From Atractiella rhizophila (Eukaryota), in NCBI GenBank assembly GCA_021432655.1, contig MU271267.1:1-64000 (forward strand): 64,000 nt of DNA, in the 5' to 3' direction. Positions 25,462 through 38,101 of the stretch are shown piece after piece (position 1 is the first letter of the stretch; each line of letters begins with the position of its first letter). The notes below the pieces were generated by a model that saw only the letters and a program-made list of their open reading frames with translations, was not told the DNA's origin and did not search any database. The translations under genes were made by a program, and so were the position numbers.

Positions 25462-27762
25462 ATGTCTTCAGACTCAACACCACACGCTACACGGTCTAAC
25501 AGCGACTTGTCAGCACTTTTAGGATCATCTCCTGGCCTTTATGGCCAAGGAACCCATTCAACCGCTCTCTCATTCAATGCCCTTACACAGGAAGCTCCAC
25601 CAACCCCAAATCTCTCCTCCAACAACCTTCAACTCCTCCTTAGTTCGTTCCTTGAAAATCAAGACAATTTCAAGGCTCGTATTGCTGAGGCAGACCAGGA
25701 CAGAATGTATCAACGAAGTCGAATTGTGGACTTGGAGGCAAAGAATCAGGAACTGCAACTAAACAACTGCGAACTGGACTCGCTCACAAAATGTGTGTCT
25801 TTCTTATTCTACTTTCATTTCAATGACAGCGTGGTGGAGTGTTTACAACACCACAACCAATGCATCGCCCACCTGAATATCCAATCGAAGTGTTGTGGGA
25901 TGAGAAAGATGCAAAGGATGTGCCTGATGCAGAGTGGAAGGCAAAAAATCCAACCCGCTTTGCTAATAGCCGTCTGCTGCGTAACCCAGATGGGTCAAAA
26001 TATTCATCAGATGAAGTCAGGCAGGTAGAGGATGTGTTTTTACCTGTTGCGATCGCTGTCATGTTGCAGAAAATCCCGGTGGACTCTTTTCCAGATAAAA
26101 AACCATCCTTTCAGTTTCTTAAAGGGCATCCGCATGTCATCCAGCTTGGTTGTCAATCTCTAGTCAGCTCAGATTCCAGAATTGGCCTATGTTATAATAA
26201 CTGGAAGGCAAAGAAGCTCATTCAAAACTATATTGCGAATCGGAATGATGCTCGGAGAAAGAAGGAGAAAAAAGGCTTGTCAAGAGTAAGAAATCAAGCA
26301 GACAGGACAAACACTTTGGTGAGTATTGCTTTTGAACATTCTTTGCTGAGTAACGAACATGGTTTGTTATTCGATAGCCTGAAGTAGAAATTATTTCAAA
26401 CTTGCATACACCGGTAAGCTTAGTTCCATCCTCAATGTAAACCTTTCTTGATTGGAGCTGGTGCGGGGAAACATACAAATTTTCCGGAAACAACCGCAAG
26501 AAACTGGCCCCATGTTTGTCTCTTTCTTTGTTGATTGATTGGTATTGATTACGGCTGGTAGGGAGCACTTCATCAGATTACCACCCAAACTTCCCTCCCC
26601 AGTCAACCGTTCAAAGTGCAGTCAAGAGCAAACGTATATGCTTTATCCACATTGGCCAGATTCTAACCAGTTTGGTAGCCTCAGTTCAAAATGTCAGTAG
26701 AATCCGAAACAACCACTGCTTTGGCAGCGCTTGCCAACGTAGCGATTGAAATTGATCTGTCTCCCACTGGTATGCACTTTTTTCGCACGTGGGTGACCAC
26801 CTTCAAGTTTCTGACCTCTATACTGTAAAAAGTTTTGAATGTTAAGAGTAAGTGCCTTTCTCCGCCTGCTGTCCTGCTCATAACGCTGCAGGACTCTTTT
26901 CCACTCGCCTTCCATCCATTCCTCGTGTAACGGAGTTGCTTCAACTTGTCAGAGAGCTGGAGGATCTCAATTTCCCATCTCAACCTGCTCATCCCGCTCT
27001 GGAACATATTATCCGGCAGCTTTCTACGGCCCAGGATAATCCTGACGATGAAGACCATGGCGGCTTTATGTTTTTACATGATGTTCTGAGCTTGAATTGG
27101 AGGACTCACACAAAGAGCTACGATTCTTTAGGTTCTCTGACCAACATTTTACGCTTACTTGCAGGTCTGGGACGCTCGATTATTATTTCACGCACATCCT
27201 CTCTACAGATATCGAAAACGCCGGAAGCAACTCAGGTTCAAAAAGAGAACGGGGGGAAATCCCTCTTGGACGCATACGCACCACAAGTTGTCGAGATGCT
27301 GCTCACTACTCTCTATGAAGAACATGCAAAGAGGGTCCCGGGCAAGAAACTCGTGAGTACCTCAATTCCGCTTCCCCATTAGCGTTGATTACCAGGACGC
27401 AACAGAAGACACGCACGGCAATGTCTAACGTCAGTGGCAATGTCAATACCTTGAAAAGAAAGCGTCAGGTATGTTCCAACTTAAACAAAGAACTTCACCG
27501 ATGAAGGGTAATACTACAGGACATAGAAACAAGCGTAACCACCCAAGAGGGCTCTACTACCGCTGTTTTGATGGAATCCAAACAAGACAGGGTTGTTGAG
27601 CCTGAAGGAAAGAAGAAACGGGTAATCAAACTGAAAGTGCCTCCGTCCGATGGCAGTAACCCCCTTTCGAAGGCAAGTTGTTCACTCCTCTCTGCGTTTT
27701 TTCCAATAAATTTCCTCTTTACAGCGAACGAGATCAAAAAGAGTAACCGGCGCCTCAAGTAA
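25462..27762 (+). CDS. Multi-exon accessory gene of the DNA transposon (function unknown; exon structure not fully resolved)
   Basis: Successive + ORF segments (coiled-coil N-terminus, LCYNNWKA segment, 26852-27382) separated by gtgagt/gtaagc/gtaagt/gtatgt donor-like sites. Lies inside the TIRs, divergent from the transposase. Confidence 0.55.
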
Positions 27763-29353
27763 TGGCGGTGGTGAAGCCGAAGTATAATCACAGGTACACA
27801 TCTAATTTTCATCATAAGAACAGCAAGCTGAGATGACGTTGGACAGGATTCTCCTTCTTTGTAGCCGAACCAAGGTGAGTCCCCTGCGCTGCATCTGCTG
27901 AAACAAACCAAATAGTGATTACAGATACTCCTCTCCCACCACAGTGCTGTCTGGCACATCCCTCATGCAACGTTCCGGATCCTTCTCAGACTGACATTGG
28001 ATCGTTTCTTCATACTACTTTAGACTTATATAGTAGAGGTATAATGAATTGCAAATGCATAGTATTGAATATCCAGCGATGATGATGACCAGGAAATTAA
28101 CTGAGGCGTGTTGAATTTCAACTGAATACGAGTGAAAACCAACTGACTAAGGCTAGTGAGTTCCGTGCCGAGCGTACTGAATATTCACTGCAGCACACTG
28201 AGTTAAAAGTCGTTTCGATTGGCACAAACTGAAGTCTGGTCAGTCAAAATTCGGTCACAACTCAAGCACTGACTTCGCGCTGACATCCAACTGACAAACG
28301 ACGGATTCCGTTTTCATAGAGTATGAAGCCGCCTCAAATGAACCTGTCTTCCTCCTTCAACGAACGATCACCTTCTGAGATGCAGCAACATGAATTCCTC
28401 AGAACACTTTACAGTCTTCTTGCTCACGGAAAAGGAACGAGAATCTCCGTCTCCGCATGTACGGTAAACGAGTTCGGAGCTGAATGAGGGCGGATGACGG
28501 AGGGGAGGAAGACGCAAGTGATGGAGGAATATAGTTCAGTAGCGACGGGTGCAGAATGGTTGACAGGGAAGCTGAAGAAGGATAAAGGGAAGAGTGAAAC
28601 AGGTGCACTTTGGTGGTTGTCATTTGTGAGTTTTTCACACTCCAATATTTGCGCGCACACTTCTCTCAAACTGACATTTTCTCCTTCATTTACCGAGTCT
28701 CTCCGGTTGTCCTCCACGAGCGGATCATCTATCCGCGAGGAAACAACGGTAGCTTTCATAGTTATAATCCGTACCACCTGGAACAAATGGTCAACCAACG
28801 CAATGGTCTTATGGTCTTTGGAACGTGGGAAAGGGGATGGAGGATTATCAAACCCTGATATTCACAACTGCAGCTACGGACTCTTTCAGCGTGGTAGTTT
28901 CAAGCCCCGTTCCCCACATCCTCTGCTTCATCCGCTTCATTGATTTCCAGAGAGTTAATTCTTTGCCCAAGGTGACGCAAACATCAAACACCTCCTTGTG
29001 ATCCGACATCTCCACATCAATGAAGCACTTCCATCCTAAACAACGAAACAATCCATAGATATCCCTATCCTCACTCATCCTCCCACGAACCGCTCATCCA
29101 GGCAGTTTCGCCGCTCACAATTTGGGACCTCGGTTCAACTTTTCCTCAGTCCTCACAGTTTCAACCGCGTCAAGAGAGAAGAGAGAGGAGGACGGCGTCT
29201 ACTGATGCTGCGATTCAGGCACTATTCCATCTCCACCTTTGGCTTTCAGTTTCCGATCTGACGTACATGGAAACTAGGCTGCTCTATTTGCTCAAAAGGT
29301 GACCGAGCGGCAAACATCCAGCTTTGCGCCATAGTTCTCCAGAACCAGACTCG

Positions 29354-30448
29354 ATGGCACTTGTCCATGCTATCACTACAGATAGTTTTCCCGATTCGAT
29401 CCACCTCTCCATTCTTCCCTCTCTCCTGTCTCGATTACCTCCGTCAATTAACATGTTCCGGATTTCGTTTGCCTTAACTCGATCATTGAGTATGCAGGAC
29501 CTTGCAAAGATGTCATCAAAATTGTCTTATTTATCACTTGAACGGGTCGAGAATGTGGTCGACAAGGATGGTGCAATCAACGTTTGCATTACCATCAACT
29601 ACAATCATGTCTCATTAACCTTTTTGGCAGTTGAAGTGCATACTTCGTCTTTCGAAAGAGACATCAAATCGAATATCGACCCGCTTGCTTCATATGGCGA
29701 TCCATTTACTCGCACATTTCCTTTCTTTCGCGAGAATGCCATATTCGCCCCCATAGCCTCACGCTCCGGACAAGAAGGCTTCACCCCCATCAGTGACGAC
29801 GAATCGTCAACCTTCCCATCCCTCCCGACAGCGAGCATCATCCAACTCTCTGTCCCAGATGTTATTCGATCCTCCATCTCAGGCTTGCCTGTGGAACTAC
29901 ACTCTCTCATATTTAGTTTGTCCTATGATGCTTCCAGCTTCTCTGAAGTTTGCATCCGCTCCACACAACCGCGCCGCTCGACCGTCCAAACTGCATCTTG
30001 TTCCACTGCAGCCATTCTCTCATCTGCTCCCAAACCGCACAGCTCCTCTCATCCCTCCCACCTCTCGATCTCAATCCACTCTCCCCCACGCAAATACGAA
30101 GCACTCTTCGGCTCCTCCCCAATCACCGCTCTCTTCACACCTAAATTCTATCCTCTATCCTGCACCTTCTATGCCGTCCCCTTCGCATTCGCTTTCGCTC
30201 CTGTCGTGCAACACGCGACGTACCGCAGATGCTCCCAGCGCGTACACGAAGCGGATCGACTCGCACCGAGCGAGCGAATGCCACAGGATCTCTCCCCCTC
30301 TTCCCTCTCGTTCCTCCTTCGCTTTTGTCCAGGTAGTGGTGCAGTCTTGCCAACAAGTCGGTTTGAAGATGGCAGAGATGGAGGGACTGGTCGAGGTGGG
30401 CTTGGTGAGGGAGAACGCATAAGAGGGGGCGGGCAGGTTTTTGTTTGA
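29354..30448 (+). pseudogene. F4: N-terminal domain plus partial F-box, truncated at ~29953 and fused in frame to antisense B sequence
   Basis: Family homology ends at FSEVC (29953), then switches to sequence matching B1 166-210. The ancestral ATG is now GTG (29299) and out of frame; the first usable ATG is 29354. Confidence 0.75.
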
Positions 30449-31560
30449 AGGAGCTGTGCTGAGGAGGAGGAGGTGAGGACCGTAGGAACGGCGAATGGTG
30501 GATTGGAGTGGACAACACCGCACCACATACCGTCTGTCTGCTCTTTCGCCTGCAGGATATCGCGTAACTAATCCCCAGTTTCTCTGTAGGACATTTGTAT
30601 GACGACCTCTCTCCTCAACCCGTCCCGTCCACCAGAAATCCTGCCCCTCCCCTATCCTCCCTCCTTCGACTTTGACAACTTGGCGAGGGACACGTCGAGC
30701 CATCCACTTTCGCTTTCGCCATTCATCTCCCCGACTTCTCCCAGCTGGCTCGCTGGAACCATTCGGGAAACGGCTTCCTCATTCTCTAATGTCTTTATTA
30801 GGAGAGTGACGGGCGGGATTCCGGAATTGAGGAGGAGGAGGGTGAATTCGTGGAAAGTGGGAGGAGGTGTTGGGATGGAGAGGTTATGTCGAGGAAATGG
30901 GACGATGGGAAGAGGAGGATGGATTGAAGAAGGGTATCAAGAAGGAAAGGAAGTCGAGATGGGAGGTGGCATGGAAGAGAACCAATGCAGCATTGGCGCT
31001 GCTTCTTTCGGAATGAACAGTACTAGCGAGCGTGATTGATGACATAACGATTGAGTGGCACCCTGGTTGACGAAGAGATGGAACCGGAAGGTAACACTAA
31101 TCTACTTTGTTGTCAGTCTCCCTTCCTTTACACTCTTTCGCGTTCACAACGCTGATCCCATGCGATGCGATGGAGCAGGACGCAGGAGCTGATATTTTCG
31201 AATCTCTGGCGCGTTTTCCAAAAGAGGACGACCCTCACCTTCTCGTCAGCAGTGCTGGCTTCCACCATGATATTCGCATATGCGATAAGATGGGAGCATC
31301 AAAAGACGAGGTTTGTACGGGTTCCTTTCGTAGGACAAGTGGAGATTGATGACAGTGGCTGCACTTCGGCGCTGGCAAACGGCTCATCCGAAGGCGATTC
31401 GAAAGATGGCCCATCTAACGCTTCCCGCTGCCATTCAAGGTTCGATTGATGCTACTCGCATATCGACGTATGTCAAAGCACGAAACAGCTCCATCCTCCA
31501 ACAATGCCATCTGAACTCAGGCAATAGCCCTTATCACGATTCCGATCGGAGGTTATAAAA
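29954..31560 (-). pseudogene. Decayed copy B5 of the co-duplicated minus-strand gene
   Basis: Closely matches B2 (5880-7520) along its length. Confidence 0.6.
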
Positions 31561-31916
31561 CATTCATATTCCAGCGCGAACTCCCTTTTGTCATCCATTG
31601 GGTTGGAGTGTCATCTTTCGTGGGATTGTCATCTTCTTATCCAGGTCTGCATTGCTGTTGCGCTGCTACTAGATGGATTTAGAAACTGACGAAGTCTACT
31701 GAGTGGTGGTTAGGGACACATTGATGAAGGCGAAGGGGAAGACAGAGAAACGAAGAGGGAACAGGGAGCAATTTGCTAGATGTCGTTTGTGAGTAGTTCA
31801 GACTCCAATATCTTGCGAACACACTTCTCTCAAACCCAAACTGAGACTGATAGTTCCTCGTCAAGGCCTTCTACTCTACCAAATGGTGCAAACATCGCAA
31901 CTCCTTCATCCCCCCC

Positions 31917-33391
31917 CTCTCCATTCTTCCGTCTTTTCTATCTCGCCTGCCTCCGTCGGCTCACACGCTCCGGATTTCGTTTGTCCTTTCTCGTTCAATC
32001 GACTGGACTCTGCGAATGCCCTCAACATTATCCAATTTATCACTTGAACGGGTCGAGAATGCGGTTGACAAGGATGGTGCAATCAATCTTCGCTTTACTG
32101 TCAACGGCGAAAATGTCACAGCAACCTTTTTGGACGTTGAAGGGCAGCTGTCGGCTGACAAAAGAGGTATAAGAGCTTTGCGTGATTCACATGGCGACCA
32201 GTATTGTTATTCTTGCATGTTTCCTCGTGTTCGCGAGAATGCTATATTCGCCCCCATAGCCTCATATTCCAAAGACAAACAGTGCTTCGTCCCCGTCAGT
32301 GGCGACGATTCGCCATCCTTCCCACGCCTCAACACAGCCAGTATCATCCAGCTCTCTTTTCCACCTCCACGTATTACTTCATGCTCAATCTCATCCTTGC
32401 CTGTGGAGCTCCTCTCTCTCATATTCAGTTTCTTCGACAATGTTTCCACCCTTTTTGATGTATGCAAGCTCTGGAAGGCCGTTGCAGTTCCCTACTGGCG
32501 TGAACCTGGTTCTGTGGAGGAAAAGTATGAGTTGTTGAAAAGCTATCCTAGTGCGGGACGTCTGTGGGACAGGCTGTGGTTGGACAAAAGCATGGATGTT
32601 GGGATGGTGAAGAAGGTCATTGTAGGCTCGCAGAATGTCACGACAGTGAGAATGCACGCATTTTGGAATGAAGAGGAGGCGAAGATTGTGTTAAATGCAA
32701 TCGAAGGCTTGAAACGGGTGGATGACGTCATGTTTTGGAGTGGTTCGAGAAAGTGGAGGAAGGAGGAGATCGAGAACTTTGTGCGGAGGATGGGTGAGAG
32801 GATCAGACGGCTCAATGCTTATGACGTGGAGGACTCTCCCGCTTCCGCCTCCGCAGGTCTTCACTTATCTTCTCATCTCGAATACCTAGACCTCTATCAG
32901 TACCCGCCTGTCCCATCACTCTCCCTCCCACGCACCGTCAAGGACCTCACACTCTCCACTATGTGTCCACTCCCTTCTTCCATCTCAGAGTACCCTTTGC
33001 CGCCTCTTCTGTTCTATCTCCAAATCCCTTCTCCACTGATGGAAAGACCTCCATCCTACCCACTCCGCTCGACTTATCACACCTCACACACCTCACTCAG
33101 CTGATCCTCGACGGGGGCGAAGAAACGTCAAACCTCGTTTCCCCAGCGTTATTCAGCACCCTCAAAAATGCAAAGGCGATATGTTGGATAGCACTCAAGT
33201 ACTGTGTGGTGGATTCGTTCGACTTCCCAGACTTCATCCGCTGGTTCTTTGGGGATTGGCGGGCGAGGGGGATCGAGAAGGGTCATCTGGGGGATGGAGA
33301 GAAGTTAGGGAAACATCTTGAGGTTCGTTTATTCTTTGGAGAGTGGAGCCAGGAGGAGATTGAAGTTGGGCGGGGCATGATGAGGAAGTAA
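31917..33391 (+). pseudogene. F5: F-box/LRR copy with a 5' deletion, a ~10-nt frameshifting deletion near 33025 and a 3' truncation
   Basis: Begins abruptly at LSILPSFLSRL. ORF 32016-33104 shifts to 32963-33391 at FYLQI/PFSTDG. Ends at MMRK* joined directly to B sequence. Confidence 0.85.
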
Positions 33392-34330
33392 GGAGTGGAC
33401 AACACCGCACCACATACTGTCTGTTTGTTCTTGGGCCTGCAGGCCATCGCGTAACCAATCCCCAGTTTCTCTATAGGACATTGGCATGGACGACCTCCCT
33501 CTCAACTGTCTAGCACACCCAACGTCCTGCCCTCCCCTATCCTCCCTCCTTCGACTTTGACACCATAGCGTGGCACCCGTCGAGCAACCTACCTTTCATT
33601 TTCGTCATCCATCTCTCCGACTTCCACCAGCCGGCTCGCTGGAACCATTTGCGGAAAGGGCTTCCTCATTCTCTAATGTCTTTGTTAGGAGAGCGGTCGG
33701 CGCGATTCCGGAATTGAGGAGGAGGGGAATTTTGTGGAAAGCGGGAGCAGATGTTGAGACAGAGAGGTGATGTTGAGGAAATTGGGGGGATGAGAGGTTG
33801 AGAATAGATTGAAGATGGGGATCAAGAAGGAAAGGGAGTCGAGATGGGAGGTGGCATGGAAGAGAACCAATGCAGCATTGGCGCTGCTTCTTTCGGAATG
33901 AAGAGTACGAGCGAGCGTGATGAGATGAGATAACGATTGAGTGGCACTCTGGTTGACACATGAAGGATGAGGAGATGAAACCAGGACGTAATACTAATCT
34001 ACTTGGTTTTCAGTCTCCCATGCTTTACGCTCTTTCGCCTTCACAGTGCTGATCCCATGCGATGCAGAGGAGGACGCAGGAGTTGATATGGTCCAATCTC
34101 TGGCGCGTTTTCCAAAGGGGGCGACTCTCGCCTCCTTGTCAGCAGCGCCGGCTTTCCCCAGGATGGTTGCATATGCGATAAGTTAGGAAGCATCTAAAGA
34201 CGAAACCACAAAAGTTTGTACGCCTTCCTATCCTAAGACTAGTGGAGATTGACGACGGCAGACAGACTCGGACTCTTGACAACTGACCATCCGAAGGAAA
34301 TGTGAAAGATGCCACGCCTTATGCTGTCTG
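33392..34330 (-). pseudogene. Decayed, truncated copy B6 of the co-duplicated minus-strand gene
   Basis: Starts with ggagtggacaacaccgcaccacatac, identical to 30505-30530, and stays collinear with B5. Confidence 0.6.
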
Positions 34331-36463
34331 GTGCCTGGTGCACCTAAAGCCAAGCATTACACAACAGGTCCTAAGCCGAAGAAGCAGAAGTAACAGAAGC
34401 TAGGCACCTATGTTAGCCTCTCCAAACCAATCCGATTGTCCCGCTAACAAGCACGCTGTGCTGCTCGACTGAACCTCTTCTGGTTGGGGGTGAAGGAGAT
34501 TTGGGTGTATGATACCACTCAGCATCACTCCCTCCTCCACAATGAACGGTTCCGCCTCATCCTTCGTTTCTCCACTCGAGTATTGGTCGGGTCTCCCTTC
34601 TCATGGATCGTCAGCCCCCTCCAACTCTACTCTTGCATTCCACATCCAGACGCTATGTAAGGAGGGACAAGCGTTAGACCATTGCGAATGTAGGAATGGG
34701 GTTTCATCAGTCCCAACTTATTCGATGGGCCGGTCGGAGAGAGACCATCCTCGTTTCTGCTGGCAGCATAGCTCCTCGTTGCTCCACCGGCTCACAAACC
34801 AAGACTTGTTTCAGTAACGTAAAGAAGAAACGACTCGAGATCTATGATGGGTTGAAACGAGGATATCGATAAAATGAGTGGACGGTCATTGAAGACTTCT
34901 TTTTGTTGGAAAGGTGGAATCGAAAATGCCTTATCTCTTGGAAAACCTTGGTGCGTCAACCTGCGTCAACCTCAACCCTCGCTCCCATCCTATGTCCTAC
35001 CAAAAGGCTGCCGAAACTGACGCTTTGCATGTTGTCAGATTGGGGATCATTGCCATCGTCTTCCGCATTGCCACTGGACTGCTCATCTACCAAGACATCA
35101 TGCTCACACCGTTTACAAACAGGCTCAAAAGGTTGGTTCTTCATCCTTCACACGAACCTCCACCAGCAACTGATGGCCCACTACTCTCAGTTGTGAGGCA
35201 TAAACTTATGCTTATTTCCCTTCGAATGGCAGTATCGCTTCCTGACTGGAAGTAAGGAAGAGGATAAGTTTGAATCCAGCTCGATCGACGACGCTCTTCC
35301 TCCTCTTCTTCGACAAACTACCGCCGCCGAGACATCAGCAACCGCAATGCCTCAGAGTTCTGGACTAGTCTTCTAGCTCACTCGCTGAGGTCAGGAAGAG
35401 GGAAGTACGGGAAGGAGAAAGACGACGGTGTGAGCTGATCCCCAGCGGATATGAGATGGTGGAAAACGCTGGGGAGTCAGGACGGAGAAAACCTAACCCT
35501 GTGTACATACTGTAATGTAGGCAGATGCAGGAATGAAAAACAAATGAACGTGTAATCGCGCCGCAGAGTGCAAAGAACGGGAGAATGGTACATTCTCTCA
35601 CAGACGGGAAATCCATGCCTGCTCATTGTAGCTCGAAGGTGAATGAAGGATGATGAGAGATAGAGAGGATGACTGAAGTGGTGAAGGATATTGATTATTT
35701 AGGGATATATAGCTGAAAGTGAAGGGGAAGGAAGAGGGAAGAGGGAGCAATTTGCTGAATGTCATTTGTGAGTAGTTCAGACTCCAATATCTTGCAAACA
35801 CACTTCTCTCAAACCCAAACTCAGACTCATATTTCCTCTTCAAGGCTTTCTTCTACTATGCCAAATTGCGCGAACCTCTCAACTCCACCGTTCTCCTTAG
35901 TATCCATGGGAACGAGGGAACCACCGCGGCATTCATGATCATGTTCCCTTCCTCCTCTAGCAATTTGTGAACTAAGTCAACTGGTCATTGCAGCGCGGCA
36001 AGGCCAGGGAGGAGTATTAAACTAAGGTGTTCACCACTGGAGCTACGGAATCTTTGGAGCCAGGTCCAACGTCCGTTCCCCACATCCAACGCTTGAATAA
36101 ACGTCATTCATTCCCAGAGTCACCCTCTGTGCACGCCATCATGAAAACCTGTCAACGTCCTCCTGAAGCCCAAGTTTTCCGCCTCGTATAACAACGCCCT
36201 TCTATCGCCAACAACAAACGATCCATCTGTCTCCCCATTCTCCCAAGAACTTCATCTAGGCAGTCTCTCAGCTCGGTAGACCTTTGTCGTCAAATCATGG
36301 TCTCAGTTGGCAGGACGGAAAGGAAGATGAGAAGAATAATTTGGATGAGAACGCTAACGACTCGGATCAGGATGGCAAGGGCTTATGATGCGATTAAGGC
36401 AGAATTTCTTCTCCACCTTCGGCTTTCTTTTCCTCTAATGTCGGTTATGGGGATTAGTCTGCC

Positions 36464-38101
36464 GTGTCTTCTCAAAAAGCATTGGTCCATTTCATCACCC
36501 CACAAGACAAATGTGATAGGATCGACCTCTCGATTCTTCCATCTTTCCTATCTCGCCTGCCTCCGTCTGCTCACACGCTCCGGATTTTGTTTTTCATATT
36601 TCCTCCGCCAATTTTCGCAGAGTGGAGCCCTAGAGCGATGCACTCAAAATTGTCTCATTTATCACTTAAACGGGTCAACAATGTGGTCAGTAAGGATGGT
36701 GTAATCAACCTTTCCATTACCATACACTTTGACCGTGTCACAGTAACCTTTTTGAGGGCCGACGGGCATCTGTCGGGTTTCAGAAAAGGTTTCCTATATC
36801 ATCGATATCATCCCTCTCGCACACTTCCACTTCTGGGCGAGAACAACGCCATATTCGCCTCCATAGCCTCATACTCTGAATATGTAAAACGTTTCATCCC
36901 CATCAGTGACTACGATTCGTCAGGTTTCCCGTCCAACCACACAACTAGCATCCAGCTGTCCTTTCCACCTCAACATATTACTCCATGCTCAATCTCATGC
37001 TTGCCTGTAGAGCTCCTGTCCCTCATATTCAATTTCCTCAACAGCCACAATGCTTCCATTCTCCTCTACGTGTGCAAGCTCTGGAGGGAAGTTTCAGTAC
37101 CTTATTGGAATGAACCTGCCTCTGTGGCCGAAATGTATGAGCGGTTGGTACGCTATCCTGGTGCTGGATGACTGTGGAACAAACTGGAGTTTCACGAAAG
37201 GATGGATGTTGGGATGGTCATGGTGGTCATCACAGGCTCGCCGAATGTCACGACAGTGGAGTTGGACGCATTTTGGAATGAAGAGGACGCAAAGATTGTG
37301 TTGGATGCAATCGAAGGCAAACAGCTGTATAATGTCACCTTTGGAACTGGTTCGAGAAAGTGGAGGAAGGAGGAGATCGAGAACTTTGTGCGCAGGATGG
37401 GTGACAGGATCAGACAGCTCAAGGTTTACGTCGTGGAAGAGTCTCCCGCTTCAGCCTCAGCAGGTCTTCACTTATCCTCACGCCTCAAATACCTCCGCCT
37501 TTTCGAGTACCCGCCTCTGCCATCGCTCTCCCTCCCACGCACCCTCAAGTACCTCGAACTCACCAATATATGTCCCCTCCCTTCCTCCATCTCAGACTAC
37601 CCTCTGCCACCGCTTCTGGAACATCTCATGATCGTGCTCGCCCCCTTTGCTGCAGATGGAAAGACCTCCGTCCTACCCTCTCCGTTCGACTTATCACACC
37701 TCATACACCTCAGGCGCCTGATACTCGACGGGGGAGAAGAAACCTCAAACCTCATTTCCCCCAAGTTATTCAGCACCCTCAAAAATGCACAGGTGATACA
37801 TAGCATAACACTCTATTACTGTGTGGTGGACTTGTTCGACTTCCTAGACTTCATCCATTGGTTCCTTGGGAATGACAGTAATGGGTGGCATCTTGAGGTT
37901 CATTTATTTTTTGGTGAGTGGAGGGAGGAGGAGATTGCAATTGCACGGAGCACGATGGAAAAGTACACAAGCAAGGAGGGGTCAGGCATTTGGGAGCCTG
38001 GGCAGAAGGAGGAAGTTTTATTCCTTGGTGAGTGGTGGGAGCGGTGCAAGATGAGCAAGTACAGAAGCAACAGGGAAGGCAGGTGGGAGCTTGTGGACTA
38101 G
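36464..38101 (+). pseudogene. F6: F-box/LRR copy with a lost start ATG and a CGA>TGA nonsense at 37169-37171
   Basis: ORFs 36464-37171 and 37202-38101 are in the same frame. Paralogs read GAG-R-LW where F6 reads GAG-*-LW. The ATG seen in F2 (aaaagatgaaggct) is missing here. Confidence 0.85.

Larger units (their letters stand above)
21409..28321. mobile_element. 6.9-kb cut-and-paste DNA transposon with a CACTA/EnSpm-like transposase and a divergent second gene
   Basis: Perfect 12-bp TIR CTCTATGAAAAC (21409-21420) / GTTTTCATAGAG (28310-28321). TATGAAG is duplicated at 21402-21408 and 28322-28328. Many ACTGA/TCAGT subterminal repeats at both ends. Confidence 0.85.

Noticed and set aside
34400..35350. 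Short plus-strand ORFs between B6 and F6
   Set aside because: No recognisable motif or repeat partner in the window.
37169..37171. Programmed readthrough or selenocysteine at the F6 TGA
   Set aside because: Paralogs have Arg here and F6 has also lost its ATG, so a nonsense mutation is simpler.
3090..37806. Recurrent antisense ORFs over the F genes (e.g. MNFLILSPIL...RPAPG)
   Set aside because: Shadow frames of the duplicated sense CDS; their recurrence follows from paralogy.
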